A stretch of DNA of 41,940 nt from Octopus bimaculoides. Taxonomy: Eukaryota. Each line of letters begins with the position of its first letter. Within the stretch, counting starts at the first letter, position 1. Below are positions 22,885 through 33,660 of this stretch, one piece after another. Below the pieces are notes generated by a model. It was not told the origin of the DNA and made no database searches. It worked only from the letters and a program-made list of their open reading frames with translations. A program made the position numbers and the translations under genes. The DNA is taken from NCBI RefSeq assembly GCF_001194135.2, contig NC_068986.1, positions 20,120,532 through 20,162,471 of the forward strand. The letters run 5' to 3'.

Positions 22885-23130
22885 ATAGGCACAAGGCCTA
22901 AAATTTTGGGCGAAGGACTTAAATCGATTACATACACCTTACCCCCACCCCCGAGCTCGACTGATACTTATTTTATCGACCACGACAGTCTTACACACTG
23001 TTTCCGTTTACCAAACTCATTCACAAGGCATTGGTTAGCCCAGGTCTAGAGTAGAAACCACTTACCCGTGAGACTGAACCTGAAAACACGTAATTGCAAC
23101 GCAAACTTCTTAACCACGCGGCCAAGGCTA
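22885..23130 (-). mobile_element. Partial SINE B tail followed by degraded SINE A 5' half
   Basis: AGGCACAAGGCCTAAAATTTTGGG...TTTTATCGAC, then TTTCCGTTTACCAAACTCATTCACAAGGC. Confidence 0.65.
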
Positions 23131-23172
23131 CGCCTGTAATTTATTCAGCAACAACAATAATAATGATAATGA

Positions 23173-23233
<61 letters not shown>

Positions 23234-23369
23234 TATGAACTTATTGTTTACTGTTCTCGGGTGCTCTACAATGTATTATGCATGTATGCATGCACGTCTG
23301 TCTGTCTGTATGTATGTATGTAAGGAAGGAAGGAAGGAAGGTTGGATGAATGTGTGTGTGCGCGTGTGT

Positions 23370-23585
23370 GTGTCTGTATTTGTATTTGTTTCCCCACATT
23401 CACCGCTTGACGACCAGTGTTGGTTTGTTGACGTCTCCGTAATTTAGCGGTTTGCCAAAAGAGAGAACAAAGGAAGTACCAGACTTTAAAATCAATTACC
23501 GGTTTCGATTTTTTTTTTACGAGACCCTTCAAAGCAGTGCCCAAGCATGGCCGCAATCCAATGATTGAAACAAGTAAAAGAGAGA
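23370..23585 (+). mobile_element. SINE family A, 3' module
   Basis: CCGCTTGACGACCAGTGTTGG...GCATGGCCGCAATCCAATGATTGAAACAAGTAAAA. Confidence 0.75.
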
Positions 23586-24387
23586 GACAAGAGAAAACAA
23601 CAAATAATATAAATTGGTCGATTGAAAAGAATTCATTTCACACAAATTCCTTTTTGTCAATTAAGTATGACCAGCGTCCAGCTATTTTAAAATCTTCTGC
23701 CCTTCTATACTAACCTTCAATAAGAACGTCTAATCATGAAATATATAGCTTTTCACTCTCATAAAAGTTCGTTGATTGTATTAACTTCCAATAAATTTAC
23801 GGTCTAGACATCTTATAATAATCACAGATATTTGGCTGGACTATGCATGATTGCTGTAACTTACTTCTCATATAAATAATCGTCTTCAACTTGGTATTTT
23901 CACTTGACCTTTTCTTTGTAAACTAACAGCGCTTGCTTAGATCGGAAGTATTTATATAAGCGATCCAATTATCGTCATGTCTAAGTCTATATACTTAACT
24001 TTCGCTTACGGTGAAGCGATACAGAAAGAAGTAAATGAGCCTGCAACCTAATTTTGATTCTAGCGTCGTTCTACATCTGTATATACATCATGTTATAAGC
24101 ATCTTTATTCTATCGAAGACATTTTTCCTAATTTTATTAATGTAGTGAATGAAATAGCAAGAAACCTACAACATATCGATTCTTCCTTTTATAAATCAAG
24201 GGCTCGGCACTTACCTAAGAAATTAACGGTGTTAAACTTCTTTTTACTCTTTCTATTGTAGAAAACTTGGCATAAAGAATTCAGTTGTTCAAACATTTTA
24301 AAGAACAAACACTTTCATCAAACAAACCAGTTTCCAGAATTCCTATCATACTATTGAAAGTGTTACTTGAAATAGAAGACTGTACTT

Positions 24388-24785
24388 TTCTACTCTAGGC
24401 ACAAGCCCCGATATTTTGGGGGAGGGGCTAACCGATTACATTGACCAGTATGCAACTGGTACTTAATTTATCGATCTCGAAAGGCAAAGTCGACCTCGGC
24501 GGAATTTGAACTCAGGGCGTAAAGACTGATGAAATATCGCTAAGCATTTCGCCCGGCGTGCTAATGATTCTTTTCTACTCTAGGCACAAGATCCGAGATT
24601 GTGGGGGGAGGGGGCCAGCCGATTAGATCGACTCCAGTACGCAACTGGTACTTAATTTATCGACCCCCAAAAGGATGAAAAGTAGAGTCGACCTCGGCGG
24701 AATTTGAACTCAGAACGTAAAGACAGTCGAAATAACACCAAGCATTTCGCTCGGCGTGCTAATGTTTCTGCCAACTCGCTGCCTA
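24388..24785 (-). mobile_element. Head-sharing dimer of two SINE family B copies (junction near 24569)
   Basis: Two tail-2 monomers but only one 5' head; 14-bp TSD AGAAGACTGTACTT (24374-24387) and AGTAGATTGTACTT (24786-24799) around the composite. Confidence 0.85.
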
Positions 24786-24969
24786 AGTAGATTGTACTTT
24801 GGCGTGGAAGAATATAAATAAATGGCGTTGAAACAATACTATTGTTCACAATCCTGTTACAGTCTGTTTAAAGTTGCGTTTCTCACCAGAAGTGGGGCTG
24901 CGTGAATTGAAAAGGGCTCCAGAAAAATAATTGTTTCCTGCTTTATCTTTTGCCCAAAATAATAACTAA

Positions 24970-25172
24970 AAAGTCATTAGACTGCGGCCATGCTGGGGCA
25001 CCATTTTGAAAAATTTTAGTCGAATGAATCTCTCCTAGTACTTACTTCTTTTTAAAAATTGCTACTTATTGCAACCCTCTTTTGCCGAACCGCTAATTTA
25101 CGAGGACATAGACACACCAACACCGGTTGTCAAGCGGTGTTGGAGGACAAATAGATACAAAAGTACACACAC

Positions 25173-25252
<80 letters not shown>

Positions 25253-25410
25253 TGGGCTTCTTTTCAGTTTCCGTCTACCAAATCCATTCACAAGGCTTCG
25301 GTCGGCCCAAGGCTATAATAGAAGACTGTTGTCCAAGGTGCCACGCAGTGGGACTGACCCAGAAACCATATGACTGGGAGGCAAACTTCTTACCACACAG
25401 CCACACCAAC
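24970..25410 (-). mobile_element. SINE family A, full-length bipartite copy
   Basis: Reverse complement of the 16147-16563 architecture including an internal microsatellite. Confidence 0.85.
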
Positions 25411-26394
25411 GCCATATTAAACTATGTTTGACAAAATTTAGGTTTTAAAACTTTTCCCATTCAATGAAAAGAAGATGTATGCGGATGCAAACTCCAAGTG
25501 ATTGTGAGGCAACAATAGTTTTCACAGATATTTTAGAAGGAAGGCCTGGTATTTGTCATTTTCAGAAGCAATAGGCTAAAGAGTAATAGTAGCAATACAC
25601 CACTTATAATTCCAACTCTAAAAGTATTCTTCTTCTACCTGAAGCTTTGAAATGTTACCAGTTGCTACAACCTCTTATCTTAATGGGAGCTAACACTCAC
25701 CATCATTGTTTAAACTTGTAGTACTCCTTACACCGTACTGTTGTTCCCAGTAGGACGAGATCCCTCATGCTTTGAGAACAAATAGTTTTGATAGATCTTT
25801 CATTGTGGTAGCTTTGCTTCAGCTCAGGACTTTGTAAGATGAGTTTGGTAGGTGTTACAATAAGTCGCTTGTTTTTGGAGCAAAGTTTCAAAAGGGTTGA
25901 TGTAGAATTCGGGTAGCTGTGCTGCTGTATTCATAGAATGGCGGTCGTAATGTGACTATATTGTTATTTACGATTGAGGGATTGGAGAAAAGTCATACAG
26001 ATATTGATTAAAAAGAATATGTGAGAGGAAGATCAACAAAATAAAGTACCAGTCGAGTAATGGAGGGTCGAGAGCATCTCTTAATATTGGTGGCCTTGAG
26101 TCTGAATTAGGAATCATTATTTTTATTGACTCCCAACGGATGGAAGACAAAATGTTTTCTTATATAATACGAACAGTAGTTCTTATATTATGAGAACAGA
26201 TCAAAAATAATTTTCTAATATAAGAACAGAAGTAAGCAAAATAGTCACCGTAAATTCATATTTGGTCGAGTCGATTTGACTTTGAACCAGCGGCTGAAAT
26301 GTTGAATGTTCATAATGTAGCATTGTATTGTATCCCTCGTGAGACCACTTAGTTCTCGCTGGCTTTGTTCATATATCTATAAAAATGATGATGA

Positions 26395-26570
26395 GTGTAG
26401 ACATTGCTGTGTGGTTGGCAAGTTCGTTCCATAATCATGTGATTTCGTGTTCAGTTCTCCTGCATGCTACAATGGACAAAGTGTCTTCTACCATGGCCGT
26501 GGATCTACAAAAATTCCATGTGTGGAATTTAGTTTAAGGGAAATTGAGCTGTTATTTCTTGCAAATCGTG
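26395..26570 (+). mobile_element. SINE family A, degraded 5' half
   Basis: TTGCTGTGTGGTTGGCAAGTTCG...GTTCAGTTCTCCTGCATG...CAAAGTGTCTTCTACCATGGCC. Confidence 0.6.
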
Positions 26571-27448
26571 TGATTCAAGAGAATGGCTTTTGCTGTTTAT
26601 CCTCGAATCAACCCTAATTCCGCAGACATATAATCAAAAGTCTTCCACTCGTGAACCCCTCTATCTTTTTAGACTCCTCCACGGTTATCCAAGGACCTTT
26701 TCATTTTTTTAACTATAGGACGAAATCCTAAGACGATTTTGTTGCTATTTCTATCAAGTCGAGCGACAATGAGGCATCTCCTAAAAAGGTTAGAGGTTTT
26801 CAAGGATTTCTGTTTCATTTCAAAATTGGAGCTTCTTCCATTTGTCTTTCACCTTATGCATTTTATCTATGTTTGAACGCACTGAATATTTTCAAGAAAA
26901 TCAAATTTCCGCAGATTATCTTCATTTTTAATAATTGAACAAACATCTCGTCTTCTGTAGTGTTTCAAATTTCTATTAAGTTTACAAGATATCATCTTTA
27001 AATTTAAAGATAAAATTTAACGCTATTTATTATTATTTTAACATTTCAGAATTGAATAAAGCTTTTCTCTGAAAATTAGTTTCAGCGGGTCGCATATATG
27101 GGTATCTATATTCTTGGTACATTTCTCCTCCTCATCGGCGATATATTCAACCACATGTAGCCGTTATCAAAATATTACAGAGAGATTCTATCTTTTTGTT
27201 ATGCTGTCTGACGACAGATAGTTTCCGAAACAACCTTCTTTAGCGAAAGACATATCAAGAGAATAAAATCATTCATATTTCTTAGTACTGCGTATCAAAG
27301 TTTGATTTTTTTCCGCTCATTCTTTCGTTCGTTGTATACAATGTATATGAACATTTGTTGAGCTAAGTACATCGTTGGAAAAAAAATCCACCTCGCAAAG
27401 ACTAATAAAACGTACCCCGTGGAATACAAAGATGTCTTGCTACCGAGT

Positions 27449-27499
<51 letters not shown>

Positions 27500-27789
27500 G
27501 CTTTTTTTACTACAGTAAAAAAGCGAGAAATTAAAAAAGAAACGAGAAATATTTATTCGAATGACATAACGAACAGTGAAGAACAAGTGAAACACGATAG
27601 GTTATGTTCAAGAAAAAATAGTCATCAGAAGCTGGATGATAATAATGATAATAATAATAATAATAATAATGAACGGTGAAAAAAATGCTTATTTCAGTAA
27701 GTTTGTCCTTTCGATGTTCTGATATTACTGATTCGTCAAGCTTGCAATAATGTGAAATGTTATCCTGTCTAAATAATTCTCTCAGAATA

Positions 27790-28110
27790 ATTTTCTACAT
27801 CTGTCTTACATGTGCGTGCATGTAGGCATGTGTGTGTACGTGTATGTGTGTGTATGCATGTATGTGTGCGTGTGTGTGTGTGTGTACTTGTGTGTGTGTG
27901 TACGTGAGTGAGTGTGTTGTGTGTGTATGTATGCATGTGCGTGTACGTTAGTTTACGTGTGTGTGTGTGTTGTGTGTGTATGTATGCATGCATGTGCGTG
28001 TGTGCTGTGTGTGTATGTATGCATGTGTGTGCACGTGTGTGTACCTGTGTTTACTTGTATGTGTGTGTGATGTGTGTGTATGTGTGTGTAAGTGCATGTA
28101 TGTATGTGTG
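27790..28110. repeat. Degenerate (TG/TA) microsatellite tract
   Basis: Direct reading. Confidence 0.9.
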
Positions 28111-28244
28111 TGTACAGTTCTAATTATGTAAACTCTCATTGTTAGACGCTTGTTTATATTGTTATCTTTTGTTGAATGTGTGTGTTTGTGTTTTGTAACT
28201 GTATGTTTATTTATAAGAGTTGACTTAACTTTCTTGTTTTTTAA

Positions 28245-28273
<29 letters not shown>

Positions 28274-28276
<3 letters not shown>

Positions 28277-28330
28277 TCAAGCTCTCACTCACTCAAGCTC
28301 TCACTCACTCAAGCTCTCACTCACTCAAGC
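28274..28330. repeat. 16-bp tandem repeat (CACTCAAGCTCTCACT) x3.5
   Basis: Units start at 28274, 28290, 28306 and 28322. Confidence 0.9.
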
Positions 28331-28741
28331 TTTCCGCCGCCTCTTCCTCTTTTCCTCACTCTGTTTGGAGATTATGTGCATGTCAGTATACGCGTCTTCG
28401 GAGACTGTGTATAGGTGTGTATTATCTGTGTACTTCTGTGTTCACATTCAGCATACATACAAGTTTACGTTATAGAAATAGATCTGCAGATATCCACATC
28501 TACCCACTTTACCAACACATATACTGCCTGTGGTATGCTATACTGTCTAAAAATACACGCAAACATAAAACAGTTAATTTCACGAACATGTAAAGGCAGT
28601 TTATACTGGAATCTAAACGGCAGAATAACAACATCTACTGCATGACCTTTCATAATCAAAATTATTTACTAATATATGATCAAGCCAGCTGATATTTTTC
28701 TTCTGGCTATTTCCAATTCATAAATGCTTAATTAGAAGCTG

Positions 28742-28792
<51 letters not shown>

Positions 28793-28923
28793 TGTCTATT
28801 GGATTATTTTATATCAATTAACTTTTATGCAATTCTTGTAATTCATTATGTGTGTGTGTGTATTTATATATATATATTACGGTTTCAAATCTTGAGACTC
28901 AAAGAGTCGGTCACTCGATTTCT

Positions 28924-29009
28924 GAAGACAACAAACAGATGTATTAGTTTAACGCCCTGGAAGTGAAAAAGTCTTTAACGTTTCGAGCCTACGCTCTTCC
29001 ACAGAAAGA
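28924..29009 (-). mobile_element. Short Penelope-like terminal repeat with hammerhead-like motif (copy 2, best preserved)
   Basis: Minus strand TCTTT-CTGTGGA-A-GAGC-GTAG-GCTC-GAAAC-GTT-AAAGA. Confidence 0.6.
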
Positions 29010-29057
29010 AACACAGAAAGAAACAAGGAGAGAAAATAAAGAATATGTAGTAGCTAG

Positions 29058-29130
<73 letters not shown>

Positions 29131-29399
29131 GTGGAGTGTATATACAACACGATGAAGAATGGAGAGTTATACATTTTTTATGCATAATTTATAATTCAAA
29201 ATTTGCTTACGTGCGTTTCAGATGAGCAAGTGTTATGTAATAGAATGTTGCGTTAATTCTGCACATCAATCGATTCCTATTTACTCAACTACAACATTAC
29301 TTTGATCAGTTACAGTCGATCCAAGGTAAGCGAATTTATCAACCCTGAGTAGTAGCTTTCCATTTGTCAGGACGCCTGTTGTTTTGTCTGTGTTTATAT

Positions 29400-29535
29400 C
29401 AATGATAATATACTATCTTCGATTCGTTTATTTCTAATCTCACAGTCTTCGCTTTTCGAATGGCACGATCCAAGTTGTCCTGTGCTTCTAGGAGCAAAGA
29501 GAATAATATCATTTGCAAATGCGAGACAGAAGCAA
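29400..29535 (-). mobile_element. Degenerate non-LTR reverse transcriptase fragment (motifs 5-7)
   Basis: CLAFANDIILFA (FADD-like), then after a frameshift LDRAIRKAKTVRLEINESK, matching the L..L...A..VGL.IN..KT pattern. Confidence 0.5.
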
Positions 29536-29659
29536 TGTCGCATCTTTAACACCTCTGGTCGTCTAACATCAACCCAGCAACAAAGATAAAATGTACAAAA
29601 CACAATGTTTTCCGACTTTTACAGATGGATGCGAGACATGGGTAACAAATACAAGTTGG

Positions 29660-29706
29660 CTAAGCATTTTACCCGGTGCGCTACGATTCTGCCAGCTCGC
29701 CGTCTT
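29660..29706 (-). mobile_element. SINE family B head fragment
   Basis: GCTAAGCATTTTACCCGGTGCGCTACGATTCTGCCAGCTCGCCG. Confidence 0.7.
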
Positions 29707-30296
29707 AATACAGAACCTGACAGCAAAAAATGAATGACAAAAGAGCGGAATTTCTGCTTGAGGCTGTTGCGCAAGTACTCATCTCTGAGTAAAAATTTTT
29801 AGTAACAGAAACAGCTGTAAGCTAATAAAGTTACTTACGTACCTCCTGTTCTTTTGTCATTCAGCAATTGTTACATAATTATGTATATAGTTAAGACGAT
29901 AAGGCAACACAATCAGAACTATGCATTTCTGTACAAACGCCTTAGAAATTCACAAATAACAAAATCAGGATTTTTTTTTTTTAATGTTCTGTACTATACA
30001 GCATATTATTTCGTACATACTTGCCAAGTTCTCTGAATGATTCTTGTAACATGCTAAATGAAACGAAGTTGTTAACTAAAACTTCTATTTCCTGATATAT
30101 CCTCCATGGTCTTCTCACGACGTAGCAAATCGGATTTTCGACAGAGAGAAGAGGAGGAAGGGAACAAATGGTTGCAATGCTTTGCATATATTTTATTTAT
30201 TGGGGAAAGAGAACGTTAACCTCGATGGGGTTTAAACTCAGAACTATTGCTGCAAGGCAATAGTTCTATTGCTGCAAGTCCGATGCTGATATTAAT

Positions 30297-30726
30297 ATTA
30301 GTTTCAATTTTGACACAATGCCAGCAAGTTGAGGTGGGGTGGGGGCGTAAGCCGATTACATTGATCCCCAGCACTCAACTGGTATTTATTCTGAAAGGAC
30401 GAAAGACAAACTGGCCCTCGGCAGAATTTGAACTCAGAACTTAAAGACAGGCGAAATGCCGCTAAACTTTTGTTCGGCATGTTAACGTTTCTTATTTCTT
30501 TACTGCCCACAATGGGCTACACACAGAGGGGACAAACAAGAACAGACAAAGGGATTAAGTCGATTACATCGACTCCCAGTGCGTAACTGGTACTTAATTT
30601 ATCGACCCCGAAAGGATGAAAGGCAAAGTCGACCTCGGCGGAATTTAAACTCAGAACGTAGCGACAGACGAAATACCGCTAAGCATTTCGCCCGGCATGT
30701 TAACGTTTCTGCCAGCTCACCGCCTT
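30297..30726 (-). mobile_element. Head-sharing SINE family B dimer: tail-1 copy (30493-30726) joined to an older copy
   Basis: 15-bp outer TSD GATGCTGATATTAAT (30282-30296) and GATACTGATATTAAT (30727-30741); inner 18-bp duplication CGGCATGTTAACGTTTCT (30475-30492, 30693-30710). Confidence 0.9.
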
Positions 30727-30767
30727 GATACTGATATTAATTATATGTTGAACTATAATATAATGGT

Positions 30768-30978
30768 TTGAGATTTTTGGCTCAAGGCCAGCAACTTTAG
30801 AAGTTAGGTAAGTCGATTACATGAACCCCAGTGTTCAACTGGTACTTATTTTATCGACTCCGAAAGGATGAAAGGCAAAGTTGACCTCGGCAGAATTTGA
30901 ACCCAGAACGCAATGACAGACAAAATGCCGCTAAGCATTGTGTCCGGCGTTCTAACGATCCTGCCAACTCGCCGCTTT
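30768..30978 (-). mobile_element. SINE family B
   Basis: Core and head match. Confidence 0.85.
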
Positions 30979-31220
30979 ATGTTAAACTACAATATAATGC
31001 TGTTTGGTATTGATTATTAGTATACCATTTCAACAAGTAATTGTCTTATTGTTTCGTGTTTTACAATATGTTACTCTTTAGTGCATCACTCCTACCCCCA
31101 TATCCTCTAGCACACCATAAGGTTACTCACCATTATATGTTGTACTTCATCTAATACAATCACATACCTAATAATATCATTGATTTTTTTCTCCGTCTTT
31201 TCCAAAATTTCGTATTGCAG

Positions 31221-31445
31221 CCAGCAAACGTGGAGGGAGAGTCTGCCTGTTGGGGACAATCTCATGCAACGCAATGTTCGATTAGTTGGACGTGTTCGAT
31301 ATGCATCGACGACTAAGAAACCATTCTTCACTGTGTGGGTGCCCATTGTCCACAAGCACAATATCGATGTTCCTGGTGTGAGATCGACCAACGTACAGAC
31401 GAAGTATACCTTGCTAAATTATATTCTTTCAACAAGGTCGGACGA
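31221..31445 (+). CDS. Candidate 225-nt phase-2 exon (QQTWRESLPVGDNLMQRNVRLVGRVRYASTTKKPFFTVWVP...STRSD)
   Basis: Acceptor TTTTTTTCTCCGTCTTTTCCAAAATTTCGTATTGCAG; the frame stays open up to a GA|GTAATT donor with a stop directly behind it; followed by a 107-nt intron-like spacer and a strong acceptor at 31552. No homologue recognised. Confidence 0.35.
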
Positions 31446-31552
31446 GTAATTAATAGATTTATACTATCAATACCAGTTGCAAAGAAACTGCAAAGTGGGC
31501 GAAATTAAAAATAATGGTTGCTGGTGATTTTCCTTCTTTTTTTTCTTTTCAG

Positions 31553-31593
31553 ATTTCATGTTCCACTTAAAGATCGAAATAAGGCTGGAGAAG
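31553..31593 (+). CDS. Candidate small exon (FHVPLKDRNKAGE), possibly reading on to the stop at 31605-31607
   Basis: Acceptor TTTTCCTTCTTTTTTTTCTTTTCAG; donor AAG|GTATCT; phase compatible with 31221-31445. Confidence 0.25.
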
Positions 31594-32014
31594 GTATCTT
31601 GCCGTAGGAAACATTTTATCAGAAATTAATCAACGAAGATGAATAAGTTAAGCCTACAATCCCGGCATTTGAGCAATCAAAATGTTATGATAATAAGGCC
31701 TTAGCTGGCCTTTTAATTCCCACAATCTTAAGAAGTTATTTTAAGAAAGGTAAAATATGAAGAGGATCATAGTGCTCTAGGCTAAGATTACTTGGAATAT
31801 TTTAGTTTGCTCTCTGGAAATCGTGACCGAGCTAGCTTGTATTCTTTTACTCAATATGTGGCTTACGTCCACTCTGAGCTCGCCTTCGGACAACTGCGTT
31901 ACCGTTCCACTCAAACTCCTCTCTACTGATTCAAGCTAAAACTTCATTGAATGAGTTGTGAAATATGGCAGAAATGAAGTAAGTAAGCATATCCCTGTCA
32001 ATTAAAAATTAGTC

Positions 32015-32905
32015 ATGCATTTGGTTAAAATCATCATAATTGCATATTTTAAGAATGAGAACAACATCTCCGTCTTAAAAAACATAACACGACACCTAAA
32101 ATCGAGGTTAGTAAATTGTTATACCATGCCGATTGTCCTTTTCAGGGCCGAAACTAGGATAATGTATACAGCAATAGAAAAGATAGATACGTTTGAGATG
32201 TGGACGTTCCCCTATATTGGCAAAACAAGCTGAAAAAAATGAGGTGACACATGCTGCTGTACTAGGGAAGCTGAAAGTCCAAAGACACTAATAGTTGAGA
32301 AACAAGTCGACAAAGCTGTCATATTTTGGACATACAATGTGCTGCGAATCATTGCCCAAGACTAGTGGTCCACAATCATATTTTTTTTTTTTTCAATTTT
32401 TGGACCCTTTGATTACTCTTCTATTGTGGTTGAAGCCCCTTAGCCATTCCATGTTTCAAAAAACTAGTTTTATGATTATTTAAAAAAAATTTTATTTTGT
32501 TTTTCATATGTTCTCTTGTGTGGGTTTACAACAAAACTCACTAAAAGAACATATTTCAGGGGCTGGAAATACGTTAAACTATGTAAAATAGAAAGAAACC
32601 TAACAATTTCTTTCAAAAAATAAATCTAAAGCAAAATCTTTTCATGGGCCCTTAAGATATTACTGTAGATCCCTAATTTACTATTTTCTTGCCTGGACCC
32701 CCTAAAACCTTATATGGACCACTTGAGAACCACTGCTCAAGACCATCTTCATAGGAAGTGTGGAAACAAAAAGAGCAAGAGGCCGTCAAAGACGTCAGAG
32801 GACAGATGACTTCAAAGAATTGACTGTCCACAAGAGCCTGACTGATTGCACGCATAGACCACAACATCGCTGCACAAGAAAGAAGTGGTAAGCTGACTCG
32901 TGGAC
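32015..32905 (+). mobile_element. RTE-clade LINE 3' fragment interrupted by a hAT MITE
   Basis: KSRLVNCY...AET...IEKIDTFEMW, KLSYFGH...ESLPK, then after the MITE TIFIGSVETKRARGRQRRQRTDD: the typical RTE ORF2 C-terminus. Confidence 0.85.
32363..32735. mobile_element. hAT-type MITE (373 bp)
   Basis: Termini TAGTGGTCC... and ...GAGAACCACTG; 8-bp TSD CCCAAGAC (32355-32362) and CTCAAGAC (32736-32743); removing it restores the RTE reading frame. Confidence 0.85.
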
Positions 32906-33615
32906 ACAAAGACAGCACCTTGCTAATGGTTGATGCTATTTTGTACACAAAAATACACGAACATCTACACTCATGTGTAAGATGAATGTGTGCATAGATA
33001 TAAGAATAATTAAAATATAAATAAATCTATACAATTATGATTTACTTCGACTGCGTAAAAGATCGATTTTTATGTGATAGAAACGGACATTTGAATCAAT
33101 TCTGTCTTATTACTATCTATTTTGTAGAAGGATGGAAAACAAAATTAACTTTTGTATCATTCAATATCCAACTTCTACATTAAATATTACTAACCACAAT
33201 AACACGAGAGAATATTTTCACCATCCCATACGATAACTTATTAAACTGTACTGTATTTATACCACAAGCCATGTACATCACGATAAATCAGAGGAAACAT
33301 CACTTCTTCACAAGTTTATGATCTTTTAGTTGTTTACAATGTCCAGCACTTACATTTCCTGCCAGGATAATACACGGGACACGCCATTACTGTGGTGTTG
33401 TATGCCAAATATTGCTGTTTTCATTCTGTTGCTAAATTGTTAATTAGATGAGCCATTGTTATGGTCAATACTTAAATATACAGTAGACTGTAAACAACGG
33501 GAAAGAGAAAAATTGATCAACTGATCGATAAATCATTTGATTGTTCGAGAGTAAGATGAATAGACAAATAAGGGAGATGGATAGATAAATAGACAGACCG
33601 AGAGATAGGTAGAAT

Positions 33616-33660
<45 letters not shown>

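Noticed and set aside
25703-25891. Minus-strand ORF next to a GTGAGT donor
   Set aside because: No frame is open from a credible acceptor through to the donor.
31315-31380. KPFFTVW...KHNIDV resembling the hyaluronidase N-terminus
   Set aside because: Spacing is wrong, the conserved Cys is absent, and downstream motifs are missing.
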